This document shows, piece after piece, positions 28,201-41,800 of a stretch of DNA of 64,000 bases; the first letter of the stretch is position 1, and each line of letters opens with the position of its first letter. The stretch lies in NCBI GenBank assembly GCA_950097015.1, contig CATNEN010000039.1, forward strand, positions 11,532,001-11,596,000, given 5' to 3'. Origin of the DNA: Macrostomum hystrix. Lineage: Eukaryota > Animalia > Platyhelminthes. A model generated the notes under the pieces. That model was given only the letters and a program-made list of their open reading frames with translations, searched no databases and was not told the DNA's origin. The translations under genes were made by a program, and so were the position numbers.

Positions 28201-31200
28201 GTGTTTGAGCATACTGTTATGGGTGTTTGAGCATACTGTTAAGGGTGTTTGAGCATACTGTTATGGGTGTTTGAGCATACTTTTAAGAATGTTTGAGCAT
28301 ACTGTTAGGGGTGTTTGAGCATACTGTTATTAAATTCTGATTTAGAAAGTTTTTTTCAAGACAAGGTATTACGTAATACTAACTATAACTCACTTGTGAT
28401 TAACCTGAGCAGTCTGCTTGCTGGATTTGACCAAATCCCTGATCAGCTGTTCCTTCATGTTGATGTTCAGCTGCAGATCGCGCACCTTCTGATTGGCCTC
28501 GGCCAGTTTCATCTGGCTGGCTTTCAGCTGCCGTTTCGCCTCTTCGCTGACCGCGCCAACTGATGCAGCCGCCGCAGCAGCAGCCGATACAGCAGTTGAA
28601 GATGCTGCTGCTGCAGCAGAGGATTTGCCACCATCTTTCTGTCCCAATCGAAAGGTGCCTTTGCGAATGAAAGGCTGCTGCTGCTGCTGGGAGCTGTCGT
28701 CATCAACGAATCGGTGACAGAGCACAGAGTCACTATCGTCCAACTGGGCGAAGAGCAGCTCGCTGCGTGCTCTGCAACAGCGCAGTACCCGGTCCAGATC
28801 GAACAGCCCGGGCGAGGTGCGAACCGCGCGATCGCCTGCGAATCGAATCGTTAAGCTTGATCAGCTGGTCAACTAAGCTGACAATGTCACCAAGCCATAT
28901 TCAGCTTAAAAACTTCCAATTTACAGAAATGCGATAATTATGTTTTGAATACTTTTTCGTCAAAGGCTCGTTAAATTCCTAGTTTCTTTAATCCCCAATG
29001 AATCCCTAGTTTCTTTAATCCCCAATGAATCCCTAGTTTCTTTAATCCCCAATGAATCCCTAGTTTCTTTAATCCCCAATGAATCCCTAGTTTCTTTAAT
29101 CCCCAATGAATCCCTAGTTTCTTTAATCCCCAATGAATCCCTAGTTTCTTTAATCCCCAATGAATCCCTAGTTTCTTTAATCCCCAATGAATCCCTAGTT
29201 TCTTTAATCCCCAATGAATCCCTAGTTTCTTTAATCCCCAATGAATCCCTAGTTTCTTTAATCCCCAATGAATCCCTAGTTTCTTTAATCCCCAATGAAT
29301 CCCTAGTTTCTTTAATCCCTAATGAATCCCTAGTTTCTTTAATCCCCAATGAATCCCTAGTTTCTTTAATCCCCAATGAATCCCTAGTTTCTTTAATCCC
29401 CAATGAATCCCTAGTTTCTTTAATCCCCAATGAATCCCTAGTTTCTTTAATCCCCAATGAATCCCTAGTTTCTTTAATCCCCAATGAATCCCTAGTTTCT
29501 TTAATCCCCAATGAATTCCTAGTTTCTTTAATCCCTAATGAATTCCTAGTTTCTTTAATCCCCAATGAATCCCTAGTTTCTTTAATCCCCAATGAATTCC
29601 TAGTTTCTTTAATCCCCAATGAATCCCTAGTTTCTTTAATCCCCAATGAATTCCTAGTTTCTTTAATCCCTAATGAATTCCTAGTTTCTTTAATCCCAAA
29701 TAAATCCCTAGTTTCTTTAATCCCAAATGAATCCCTAGTTTCTTTAATCCCCAATGAATCCCTAGTTTCTTTAATCCCCAATGAATTCCTAGTTTCTTTA
29801 ATCCCCAATGAATTCCTAGTTTCTTTAATCCCTAATGAATCCCTAGTTTCTTTAATCCCCAATGAATCCCTAGTTTCTTTAATCCCCAATGAATCCCTAG
29901 TTTCTTTAATCCCCAATGAATCCCTAGTTTCTTTAATCCCCAATGAATCCCTAGTTTCTTTAATCCCCAATGAATCCCTAGTTTCTTTAATCCCCAATGA
30001 ATCCCTAGTTTCTTTAATCCCCAATGAATCCCTAGTTTCTTTAATCCCCAATGAATTCCTAGTTTCTTTAATCCCTAATGAATTCCTAGTTTCTTTAATC
30101 CCTAATGAATCCCTAGTTTCTTTAATCCCCAATGAATTCCTAGTTTCTTTAATCCCCAATGAATCCCTAGTTTCTTTAATCCCCAATGAATCCCTAGTTT
30201 CTTTAATCCCCAATGAATCCCTAGTTTCTTTAATCCCCAATGAATTCCTAGTTTCTTTAATCCCTAATGAATTCCTAGTTTCTTTAATCCCCAATGAATC
30301 CCTAGTTTCTTTAATCCCTAATGAATACCTAGTTTCTTTAATCCCCAATGAATCCCTAGTTTCTTTAATCCCCAATGAATCCCTAGTTTCTTTAATCCCC
30401 AATGAATCCCTAGTTTCTTTAATCCCCAATGAATCCCTAGTTTCTTTAATCCCCAATGAATCCCTAGTTTCTTTAATCCCCAATGAATTCCTAGTTTCTT
30501 TAATCCCCAATGAATTCCTAGTTTCTTTAATCCCCAATGAATTCCTAGTTTCTTTAATCCCCAATGAATTCCTAGTTTCTTTAATCCCCAATGAATCCCT
30601 AGTTTCTTTAATCCCCAATGAATCCCTAGTTTCTTTAATCCCTAATGAATTCCTAGTTTCTTTAATCCCAAATAAATCCCTAGTTTCTTTAATCCCAAAT
30701 GAATCCCTAGTTTTTTTAATCCCCAATGAATCCCTAGTTTCTTTAATCCCAAATGAATCCCTAGAGCATGGGAGATAGAGACAAAAATGTTGGGATTTGA
30801 AATGCCCCGTGGCATTTCTATTGATAATTCCCTCAATGGCAGATTCTTTGGTCCCAGCTCACCTGGCAGCATGAGCAGTGACTGTTGCAGAGGCTGCTCA
30901 ACGCGTCGCGGTGGCACAGACTGGGCCCTAGTCGCCACGTCATGAGGTCCGCCACCGTCTAGCAGCTGGTGCTCGCCGGAGCCGGCGTTAAAATCGTCGT
31001 CCAGCTGCTGCTGCTGCTTTTCAAGCAGCTTGCTTTCCAAATATGCCGCCTTAGCAACCGCTGCGGCAAGTTCGGCCTCTAGGGCGCGACACCGATCGCC
31101 AAGGGCCCAAGCTTCCCTGCTTTTCTCGGCGAAAATCTCCTCATCGTTGGCTAGGTCTTGCCTGAAATAGTACCGTGCCAGACTCAAAATGGGGATCTGA

Positions 31201-34200
31201 CAGTATTTCAGGATAAAATATGGATCTCGGAAGAGTTCGAGTTAATTAACGTGATTTAGAATAACCCCAGGCTCAAATTAGGGATCTGAGTGTGTTTCAG
31301 GCACAATTGGGGACCTTTGAGGATTTGAGGTTTCAAATGGGGATCTGGGAGGATATCAGGTTGAAAATGGGCATCTGGGAGGTTTTTTAGCTTAAAACGG
31401 GGATCTGAGGGAATTTACGGCTTAAAATGGAGTTTTGGGTGGATTTCAGTATTTAAATTGGGATCTAGGAGAGTTTTAAGTCTAAAATAGGGATCGAATA
31501 CTCAGCCTCAAACTCGCGATTTGAAGACTTGATAGCAATAATTAAGAAATGAATCTGGAGGTGGAAGATGAGAACCTAGCCTTCTCCAGATCCTGCTGCA
31601 GCTTTCTATGCTGCTCAGAACCAGCTAGGCCGAGTGGCTGCTGCTGCTGCTTCTGCTGAGGCCGACGACCGCCTCCGCCGGCCTCGCTGTCATCGTCAGC
31701 TGGCAGCGACGGCACCCGATTGGCCAGCTCGTCGTACATCTCTAACCAATCAGCCGCTCTGGGATCGTCGCCTAGCAGAGCCTTGGCCCTGTCAGCCAAG
31801 CAGCGCAGGTGGTCGAGCTCGAACCGCACCCTAGCCTCGTCACCCCCGGCGCTGGCCCAGGCAGAGTCCGCGCCGCCGCCCCCCGCCGAGGTGCCGGCCC
31901 GGCCCAGCTGTTCGCGGAGGGCCAGAATCTCCGACTGCATCTCGTGCAGATGGGCGGACAGCTTGTCGCGATGGACAATCTGCGAAGGCGAGATTTGGCA
32001 GACTTTGTACTTTTAATTTTAAAATCCCTGGCATCAGCCATCCTAAAATCCCATTGTCCCTAGAACCAGCCATCCTAAAATCCCATTGTCCCTAGAATCA
32101 GCCAACCTAAAATCCCATTATCCCTAGAACCAGCCATCCCAAAATCCCATTGTCCCTTGCATCAGCCATTCCAAAATCCCATTTTCCATAGAACCAGCCA
32201 TCCTAAAATCCCATTGTCCTAATACCAGCCATCCTAAAATCCCATTGTCACTAGAACCAGCCTCCTAAAATCCCATAGTCCCTAGAATCAGCCATCCCAA
32301 AATCCCATTATCCCTATCATTAGCCATCTCAAAATCCCATTGTCCCTAGAACCAGCCATCCCAAATCCCATTGTACCTAGAACCAGCCATCCCAAATCCC
32401 ATTGTACCTAGAACCAGCCATCCTAAAATCCCATTGTCCCTAATACCAGCCATCCTAAAATCCCATTGTCCCTAGTACCAGCCATCCCAAAATCCCATTG
32501 TCCCTAGAATCAGCATCCCGAAATCCCATTGTCCCTAGCATCAGCCATCTTAAAATCCCAGTATCCCTAGCAACATTTATCCCATAATCCTTAAAATCCC
32601 ATAATCACAAGCGCTCACCGGCTTATTGCGTATATGCTTGGCTCTGTTGGCGTACTTCAAAGAGTTCAGGCTCTCATCGTAGCTGGACAAGGCAGGACTC
32701 ACACAGCAGACCATGAGGGTTCGTGAAGAGCCACCAAGAGCGTCCTTCAGCAATCTGGTAATCTTGGCCTCCCTGTAGGGCACGTGAGCCCGACGCTTGG
32801 CTGGATCGGCTAGGGCGCTGATGACGTTGCCCAAAGCCAGCAGGCCCGTGTTGATGTGAATTGATTCTTTTAGCCGGGCGCCAACATTGCCAGTTTTGTG
32901 AGCTCTCTCCGAGCCCGCCAGATCGACGAAATTAAACTTGGCCGATACGCAATTCGATACAATGTCCGTCTGATCGGATCTAGCCGAGTCCGGAGGCTGC
33001 GTTTGGGGAAGACGAGGAAGATGGATGGGATTTTTGAAGTGGATTAATACTGGGGAAGATGAGGAAGACTGATGGGATTTGGGAAGAGAATGAAGTCTGG
33101 CAAACTCACCTGCTGATGACCGGCAGCCAGGCGGTCCGACCACTCCTGCGTGACCGTGACGCAGAACACGCAGTGAGACCTGGAAGAGGCCTCGTTCATC
33201 TGTGTAGCCCCAGTGACTCGGGCAGCGGAGCCGGTCTCCAGGCAGGCCAGGAGGTCGTCCTCGTTGGCGCAGACGGTCTCGGAGGCGCCGCACAAAATTG
33301 TGTTGCTCTGCGGATATTATGATTGACAGGTGAGACTAACGATTCTGATTTCTTACTCTAATGTCGAAATTCGATCCTGCAATCTGACCATCGCCCCTAA
33401 AATCTTACCCTCAGGTCCCTAGATCTTACCCTCAGATCCCTAAATCTTAGCCTCAGGTCCCTAGATCTTATCCTCAGATCTCTGAAATCTTACTCTCAGA
33501 TCTCTGAAATATTACCCTCAGATCCCTAGATCTTACCCTCAGATCCCTAGATCTGACTCTCAGATCCCTGAAATCTTACCCTCAGATCACTGAAATCTCT
33601 CCCTCAGAAATGAATCTCACCTTACATCCTGAAATCACAACTTCAGATCCCGAAATTAAACCATCAGAGCAAGCCCTGAGATCTCACCTTCAGACCTTGA
33701 AATCTCACCATTAGATCACTGAAATCTCACCCCCAGACCCTAATCTCACCCTCAGACCCCTGAAATCTCAGCCGCATCGCAGCAGGTCGAACAATCTAAA
33801 ATCTGCCAACCAACCTGATCGTCCTCCCGCAGCCTGATATCAGTGCGGTCCGAGTCCAACAGATCTCTAATCTCCTCTCGGTAGATCTCAATGTAGGTGA
33901 CCTTGACAGTAACTCTCAGCTGATCATTGCGGCCAGTTCCAGAAGCCGAATGCTGCCTCTGCTTGGCCCGCACAGTGGAATACAAATCAGCCACGGCTCT
34001 GGGTATAACACCGCGCTCCTCAGGTAGGAGATCCTCCTGATTGCAAGTGCCCATTGTGTAGGTCTTGCCGGTCGAAGTCTGGCCATAGGCGAACACCGTG
34101 GCATTGTAGCCTTCGAACAGGGCGTCAATCAGAGGCCTGACGCAGGCGTTGTACAATTCCTGCTGGGTGTTCCGAGCGCCGAACGCGTGATCGAATGTGA

Positions 34201-34342
34201 ACGCCCGGTCTCGACCAATCACTAGCTGGCACTGGTCGACAACGCGAACGCACGACTCTTCGCCTTCGAGTTTTTCGCGAGGCAGCAGCGGCCGAACTCG
34301 GACGGCGACGCGGACGTTGACTTCGCCGGACACGGCCGACAT
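19202..34342 (-). CDS. Kinesin-4 family KIF27/KIF7 (Costal-2)-like, about 1224 aa; exons 34342-33815, 33307-33110, 32996-32619, 31979-31576, 31161-30863, 28835-28394, 27751-27280, 26437-26208, 20355-20064, 19633-19202
   Basis: [12 protein letters not shown]-loop [66 protein letters not shown]; KIF7/27 stalk motifs [37 protein letters not shown]; all nine GT-AG introns are phase-compatible. Confidence 0.9.
19720..19929. mobile_element. Palindromic MITE-like element in the last kinesin intron
   Basis: GAGTAGAAG..CAAACTAGGTTTCTTAGAAAAATTT..GAGGCTTGTTTTT.CCGAAAA (19728-19790) is the reverse complement of about 19861-19921. Confidence 0.7.
21209..21676 (+). mobile_element. Degraded P-element/THAP9-like transposase C-terminal fragment
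   Basis: [11 protein letters not shown]...SCKYCTEFL...[12 protein letters not shown] matches the YIAGY..R..C..C..L..RGGL..PS pattern of P-superfamily transposases; in-frame stop at 21491-21493. Confidence 0.6.
23956..25024 (+). CDS. Secreted protein with a Cys-rich N-terminus and a LamG/concanavalin-like C-terminal domain, nested antisense in kinesin intron 8; probable exons 23956-23965 and 24048-25024
   Basis: ORF 24128..25024 has LamG-like motifs ([38 protein letters not shown]); splicing GTACGC...TTTCAG (82 nt) yields a signal-peptide-like start [22 protein letters not shown]. Confidence 0.7.
25590..26115. repeat. 28-bp G-rich minisatellite (GTGGAGTAGGGTAGGTGGATGAGGCCGG), kinesin intron 8
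   Basis: Tandem units visible. Confidence 0.93.
26495..27185. repeat. About 23-bp minisatellite (GATCTAGCGACAATCTAGGAGGA), kinesin intron 7
   Basis: Tandem units visible. Confidence 0.93.
27762..28330. repeat. Two adjacent 22-bp minisatellites (TGTTCGAATTCGATGTTCTATG; CTGTTAAGGGTGTTTGAGCATA), kinesin intron 6
   Basis: First array about 27762-28075, second about 28082-28330. Confidence 0.9.
28975..30765. repeat. 27-bp minisatellite (AATCCCTAGTTTCTTTAATCCCCAATG), about 66 units, kinesin intron 5
   Basis: Highly homogeneous array; produces the spurious 588-aa [12 protein letters not shown]. Confidence 0.97.
31185..31500. repeat. Degenerate, roughly 32-bp repeat (AAATGGGGATCTG...), kinesin intron 4
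   Basis: Recurring AAAT(G)GGGATCT motif at about 30-33 bp spacing. Confidence 0.7.
32020..32610. repeat. 32-bp minisatellite (CAGCCATCCTAAAATCCCATTGTCCCTAGAAC), kinesin intron 3
   Basis: Tandem units visible. Confidence 0.92.
33395..33770. repeat. About 21-22-bp minisatellite (CTTACCCTCAGATCCCTAGAT), kinesin intron 1
   Basis: Tandem degenerate units. Confidence 0.85.
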
Positions 34343-34489
34343 TTTTGGGCACTCCCGGTCAGGCTATAAATAGAAACATGCGCTATCGAACAATGCTACT
34401 ACTGTTTAGTAGGATGAATTGGATTTCTTTGCAGTGTGAGATTTCCAGGAAGCTGAAAAAATTGAGTTTAGTGCTGAGTTGTATAATGA

Positions 34490-35462
34490 TTAGTCTGTTC
34501 TCATAACCTGTCTTTCTGTTCTCATAGTCTGTCTGTCCTTATGATATGCCTCTCTGTCTTTTCTTACAGTCTGTCTATCCTCATAGTCTGTCTGTTCTCA
34601 TAGTCAGCCCGTCTGCTCTAATAGTCTTTCTGTCTGCTCTAATAGTCTGTCTGTCTGCTCTAATAGTCTGTCTGTCTGCTCTAATAGTCTGTCTGTCTGC
34701 TCTAATAGTCTGTCTGTCTGTCTGTTCATAAAGTCTGTCTGTCTGTTCTCATAGCCAGTCTGTCTGTTTTCATAGTCTGTGGCCGTCTGTTCTCATATTC
34801 TGTGTCTTTCTGTCCTCATAGTCTGCCTGTCTGTCCTCATAGTCTGCCTGTGTGTCCTCATAGTCTGCCTGTGTGTCCTCATAGTCTGCCTGTGTGTCCT
34901 CATAGTCTGTCTGCCTGTTCTCATAATATTTTTTTCTCAGTCTGTGGCCGTCTGTTCTCATAGTCTGTCTGTCTGTCCTCATAGTCTGTCTGTCTGTCCT
35001 CATAGTCTGCCTGTCTGTCCTCATAGTCTGGCTGTCTGTCCTCATAGTCTGCCTGTCTGTCCTCATAGTCTGCCTGTCTGTCCTCATAGTCTGGCTGTCT
35101 GTCCTCATAGTCTGGCTGTCTGTCCTCATAGTCTGCCTGTCTGTCCTCATAGTCTGCCTGTCTGTCCTCATAGTCTGCATGTCTGTCCTCATAGTCTGCA
35201 TGTCTGTCCTCATAGTCTGCATGTCTGTCCTCATAGTCTGCATGTCTGTCCTCATAGTCTGCCTGTCTGTCCTCATAGTCTGCCTGTCTGTCCTCATAGT
35301 CTGCCTGTCTGTCCTCATAGTCTGTCTGTCTGTCCTCATAGTCTGCCTGTCTGTCCTCATAGTCTGTGTGCCTGTTCTCATAATATTTTTTCTCATAGTC
35401 TGTGGTCATCTGTTCTCATAGTCTGTTTGTTCTCATTGTCTGTTTTTCTGTTCTCATAGTCT
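34490..35462. repeat. 21-bp minisatellite (CTCATAGTCTGCCTGTCTGTC) between the ANAPC1 stop and the kinesin start
   Basis: Tandem units; the overlapping ORFs are repeat artefacts. Confidence 0.95.
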
Positions 35463-35806
35463 GTAAATTATGAAAGAACGCAAAACAAGGGGGCGGCAGG
35501 CCCTTCAAAAATGTAACTAGTTGTGTCAACTTATTCACACATGGCAACCAATAAGAAACCGACATTGAGTAAAATTTATACCAAAAGTTAACATAATTAG
35601 CTACAAATTTCATTAGATTTTTTCAGCAAAGAACTAGTGGTTTGCAAGTTGATCAATAGAAAATGCCTGAAGGAAGAATGCAATATTTCTTAGACCGGGA
35701 ATTTATTATGAGTGTTAACTTTACTCCTAGAAGCAGTCAGTATTAAACAATAAGACATGCCGCATAGCAACAAACTAATAGAGTGATAAACCTCGCAGCG
35801 ATAGAC

Positions 35807-38800
35807 TCAGATCCTGCCCGAGCACATCAGCCTGTACAGCGCCAGCCGCTGCTCGTCTGTGTCAACATCCAGGCCGAATTGGGAGTCAATTTGTCGACAC
35901 CTGGACAGGAATAGCCAAGGCTGCTGCTGCTGCTGATGGCCCCCACCAATGCTACTATCAGTAGTGTGAGAGTTAGCCAATTGGCGCAATTCGTCCAGGG
36001 CCTGTTCGGAACGACGCTGAGAGGCCGAGGCGCCAAACAGGATGGCAGCGGCTGCCAGAGAGCTGGCTGGCTGTGATTGGCCGGCTGTCGACAGAATGTC
36101 GCGGAGCAGACGGTGGGACACCAATGCGACGGACTGGTAGAGGCGAGACGCTGGCAGGACGCGATGCTGGCAACGAGGCAGCGACAGGTTGAAGGAATGA
36201 TTTTTTAAACTGAATCAACGTTATCAATAAAGGTTACCAAAATTTTGTTTACAGCAAAGATTTTTACCTTTTTTATACCTCACACTAATCAGGTTTCCCA
36301 TACCTTTATGTCCCACACAAATCAGGTTTCCCATACCTTTATGTCCCACACTAATCAGGTTTCCCATACCTTTATGTCCCACACAAATCAGGTTTCCCAT
36401 ACTTCTTAATCCCGCAACAAACAGGTTTCCCATACTTCTTAATCCCGCAACAAACAGGTTTCCCATACTTCTTAATCCCGCAACAAACAGGTTTCCCATA
36501 CTTCTTAATCCCGCAACAAACAGGTTTCCCATACTTCTTAATCCCGCAACAAACAGGTTTCCCATACTTCTTAATCCCACAACAAACAGGTTTCCCATAC
36601 TTCTTAATCCCACAACAAACAGGTTTCCCATACTTCTTAATCCCGCAACAAACAGGTTTCGCCAAAGGCCAAATCTAGCGTAAGCAAATCCCCTAAAAAC
36701 GCAAACTTCTTACCTTCTGAGAATCCTGAATGGCAGTTTCGCCAATGACGTCATCCGTCTCAACCTCGGCCTCATTGGACGAATCCGAATCGTCGTCAGC
36801 CAGCTCGGCCCAGGCCAGTCTGGCGTAGAACGCCTGAGCCAGTACGAGTTGCCAGACGTGCAGGCAGCTGCCTTCAGCGGCCAGCCGAGCGGACTCGTCG
36901 AATCGATAATAACGGCGACGTTGCCGACGAGTGAACCCAACGACAGCGTCGTCGACTTCGTCGCCATCGCCGATATCGTCGTTAATGTTGTCGTCGGAGG
37001 CGACGGCGGAGAATGCGTCGACTTCTTTAGGCGCGACGACAACCTCGCCTCCGAGGCAGCCTCGCCGGCGCTCCATCATGAGAACATAGCCGAAAGCGTG
37101 CCGCAGAGTTGCAGCCAGGAGAGAAGGCTTGCCGCCGCCGACGCCACCGCCACCGCTGTCCGGGCCGCCGTCCAGTTGAACGGGCCAGTGGCCGGGCGCG
37201 GCGATCACAACTCGACGGACTGAGGACGGATCCGGCAGCAGGCAAGGTAGGCGGACTTGGTAGGTAACCTGGGCAAAAGGTCCGGAGTTCGATTCTCAGT
37301 TAGAGGGACTATTTGTGTCCATGAGCCTAATTCTCCTAGCACTTCAGTTCTAAACTACAGTGCTATACTAAACTACAATTATCCCATACCAAACTACAAT
37401 TATCCCTTACCAAACTACAGTTATCACATACTAACCTACAATTATCCCATACTAAACTACAGTTATCCCATACTAAAGTACAATTATCCCATACTAAACT
37501 ACAATTATCCCTTACCAAATTACAGTTATCACATACTAACCTACAATTATCCGATACTAAACTACAGTTATCGCATACTAAAGTACAATTATCCCATACT
37601 AAACTACATTATCCCCTACTAAACTACAATTATCGTCTACAAAACTACAATTATCCAATATACAACTAGATTTATCCCATACAAAAAGACAAAAAGACAT
37701 CTTAAATGAACCTACAATATCCCTAGCCCCCATAGCAACAGCCCAGCAACCTCACCTCCGGATAGAAGCGAGTGGCAGCCAGGGTGATCTCTGCCCTGGA
37801 GCCGGGCACAAGCTGCCTTGTGTGCAGAGAGACAGGGCTGAGAACTCGCGGCACAGCAGCCAAAGCGTACAGATGCCTCAGCGCCTGCAGGTGATGAGAA
37901 TTGTCAGTTAGACTGCTTGGCAGCTTAGGAAATAGGGCCACGGTTAGCAGGGCCGCGTGCTCGGGCCGGTTGCTCAGAGTGTACCGACCGCCGCCTAGCA
38001 ACAATATACCGGTAGCCATGGCGTACATCAGTTGGCAGCCGCAGTCAACCTATGTTAGTAATTAACATTAAATGGGGAAAAGGTTCGGTATTAAGTTTAA
38101 TTATTGAAGATTTACACTACAAACGAACACTAACGACAAATACTTAAAAGTACATAACAATGAACAGAATTCTCCCTCGTAATTTCAGCTCTAATATTCG
38201 AGATGGTTCGTCATCACATTCTAACCACATAAATAGCTACAAAACCCAAGACCCTACATGAAATACACTTAACCCTAAACCCACGACCTTGTCAATATAA
38301 CTGACACCATCACAAAAACAACACCTAACTCTTAAATCCCACATAAAAAAAACAAAAAATCCCACATTCCAAAATCTAACATCATACTCTAACTTTAGAA
38401 CCCTTACCCCATGGTCTCATAGCATACCTCACACCTCAACCCCATTGCCCGCCCAAAAATCCCACACCAAGAATAAAAAGTCCACACAATAATCCCATAC
38501 CCCACACACAAATCCCACACCTCTCATCTTAATCCCATACCCCACATCCTTATCTCATACCCCAGACCAAAATCCCATGCCCCACACCCTAATCCCATAC
38601 CCCACATCCTTATCTCATACCCCAGACCAAAATCCCATGCCCCACACCCTAATCCCATACCCCACATCCTTATCTCATACCCCACTATAATCCCATACGC
38701 CACACCATAATCCAATACCCACACCATAATCCCATACCCACACCATAATCCCATACCCACACCATAATGCCATACCCCTCACAGGCATCCCAAACTGACC

Positions 38801-41800
38801 AGCTTGCCCAGCACGGCTCGCTTTCTCCTGAGCTGTCGCAGCAGCCAAAGATTCCCGCTGCCAGCCATCAGGCAAGCTGCCGAGGCCAGCAACACGGCGG
38901 ACGCCTGTTCAACGTCGCGCCGGCAAATCCAACGCGGCAGGCCGGCTAGGCGAACTAATAGACGCTTGAGAGCGGCCAACGCGGCGGCGTTGTGCGTGCC
39001 GGCGAACCGGATGCCCATGGCGAGGCCGTAGCCGGAGACAGCGGCAAGCAGGCTGGAGCCGGCTAACTCCCAGTCGATGACGGCGGCCGAGGCGGACCCA
39101 GTCAGATCGTCTAGGCCCAGTCCGATTCCCGAAGTAGAGGCGTCGGCTGCAGTGGCCGCGGCGGCGGCGGCGGCAGCGGCAGCTGTGGCGGCTGCCGAAG
39201 TCGGATCGGTAACATCAGCAGCGGATCTAATGAACTGAGGAATCTAAAAGTAGTGGATGTGAAAGAATAGATTAACTATGGGCATAAAATAGATCTATAA
39301 TTAATGACACCTAGGTAAATGGGCTATTGGTTTGGGGGACATTGGTTGCCTGTTTGTGGGGGACATTGGTCGCCTGTTTGTGGGGGACATTGGTTGCCTG
39401 TTTGTGGGGACATTGGTTGCCTGTTTGTGGGGACATTGGTTGCCTGTTTGTGGGGGACAGTGGTTGCCTGTTTGTGGGGGACAGTGGTTGCCTGTTTGTG
39501 GGGGACAGTGGTTGCCTGTTTGTGGGGGACAGTGGTTGCCTGTTTGTGGGGGACATTGGTTGCCTGTTTGTGGGGACATTGGTTGCCTGTTTGTGGGGGA
39601 CAGTGGTTGCCTGTTTGTGGGGGACAGTGGTTGCCTGTTTGTGGGGGACATTGGTCGCCTGTTTGTGGGGGACAGTGGTTGCCTGTTTGGGTGTCAGCGG
39701 TTGCCTGTTTGTGGGGGACATTGGTCGCCTGTTTGTGGGGGACAGTGGTTGCCTGTTTGGGTGTCAGCGGTTGCCTGTTTGTGGGGGACATTGGTTGCCT
39801 GTTTGTGGGGGACATTGGTTGCCTGTTTGTGGGGGACATTGGTTGCCTGTTTGTGGGGGACATTGGTTGCCTGTTTGTGGGGGACATTGGTTGCCTGTTT
39901 GTGGGGGACATTGGTTGCCTGTTTGTGGGGGACATTGGTTGCCTGTTTGTGGGGGACATTGGTTGCCTGTTTGTGGGGGACATTAGTTGCCTGTTTGTGG
40001 GGGACAGTGGTTGCCTGTTTGTGGGGGACATTGGTTGCCTGTTTGTGGGGGACATTGGTTGCCTGTTTGGGTGTCAGCGGTTGCCTGTTTGTGGGGGACA
40101 TTGGTTGCCTGTTTGTGGGGGACAGTGGTTGCCTGTTTGTGGGGGACATTGGTTGCCTGTTTGTGGGGGACATTGGTTGCCTGTTTGTGGGGGACATTGG
40201 TTGCCTGTTTGTGGGGGACATTGGTTGCCTGTTTGTGGGGGACATTGGTTGCCTGTTTGTGGGGGACATTGGTTGCCTGTTTGTGGGACATAGGTTGCCC
40301 GTTTGGGTGACATTGGTTCGCTAAGAGTATACACTGCAAATGTAGTCAATCTATGCGTACACGATTGCTAAAGTGAAGCTACGCACCTGATCCAGCACCC
40401 AGTCCTCGCTAGGCTCCATCAGATTCCACAGCACAAGGCCTCTAGCTAGGCAGCGCAATTGCAATAGATCTGGCCTAACAAAATCCAGATGATAGGGCGT
40501 ATCGGGCACTGCTAGCCAGGCGCTGACAGCTGAATCCTCGCTAGCCATGTACATCAGGGCCAATGCGGCAATGGCGCCCGGAGCAGTGACCTCCACATTG
40601 TAGGTGTCGCCCTCGTGAATCTGGTGACTGGACTCGTAGCCAAGACAGACGCCGCCGTTGACAGCGCCGACGCTGCTGCTGCTGTTGCCGGCGTTGCCAT
40701 TTTGATTGTTGCCAGAGCCAGACTGGGGCCCAGCCTGTTGAGCAGTCGGCGCGCCATTGGCTAGCATCATGAGTAGATCGGCTGGGCCGGATCTGGGATC
40801 CCTAGCAACCGATAATCCTCTGCGCCTTCCGCCAATCATGTAGGCCCACAGTAATTCAGCCGTGTTGGGATCAGACCCGCCGCCACGCTGAGTGCAGATG
40901 AGGCCCAGTGCCATGCCTGAGCAGGTGGCAACTAATTGGCGGCACTGGTTATTGTGAGGCTCAAGGCCAGCCGGTTGTCCTATCTCAGACAGCAGCACAC
41001 TGGCCAGGTGATTGTGCCCGGAGCCCTGTAGCGGGGCAGTGTCAGGGAGGGGTCAGTTGACTAGGATTACTCAATGCGATGTGGGGCTGGGGACTAAATG
41101 GAAAGACTGTGGTATAGTGTGGGATTTGGGGAAGTGGGATAGACTATGCAATTCTAAAGAGAGTGGGATAGACTATGCGATTCTAGAGAGATTGGGATAG
41201 ACTATGGGATTCTAGAGAGATTGGGATAGACTATGCGATTCTAGAGAGATTGGGATAGACTATGGGATTCTACAGAGATTGGGATAGACTATGGGATACT
41301 AAAGAGATTGGGATAGACTATGGGATTCTAGAGATTGGGATAGAGTATGGGATTCTAGAGAGATTGGAATAGACTATGGGATACTAAAGAGATTGGGATA
41401 GACTATGGGATTCTAGAGATTGGGATAGACTATGGGATTCTAGAGAGATTGGGATAGACTATGGGATTCTAGAGATTGGGATAGACTATGGGATTCTAGA
41501 GATTGGGATAGACTATGGGATTCTAGAGAGATTGGGATAGACTATGGGATTCTAGAGAGATTGGGATAGACTATGGGATTCGGAAGAGAGGATAGAATAA
41601 CAACGGTAGTAGGTTAGTCAGAGTCAAACCTGGTAAACTAGGCCAAGTCCCAGCACAGCGGCAGAGTGCATCAGTTTCGGCAGTTCCATATCTACACTGG
41701 CAGGCGGCAGCAGGGCACTGACGTGCAGCGCAGCGGTTCTGTAGTAGCCCTCGTCCATGCTGGCCCGCTTTGACGCGGCCAGGCCTAGCAGGGTGGCAAC

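Noticed and set aside
28960-30726. 588-aa ORF of GIKETRDSL repeats
   Set aside because: Translation of a 27-bp (3n) array lying inside a phase-consistent kinesin intron; no unique sequence.
39301-40349. Stack of overlapping ORFs on both strands; likewise those at 90-845, 12399-13301, 25494-26301, 34770-35459 and 56687-57367
   Set aside because: All are translations of stop-poor minisatellite units.
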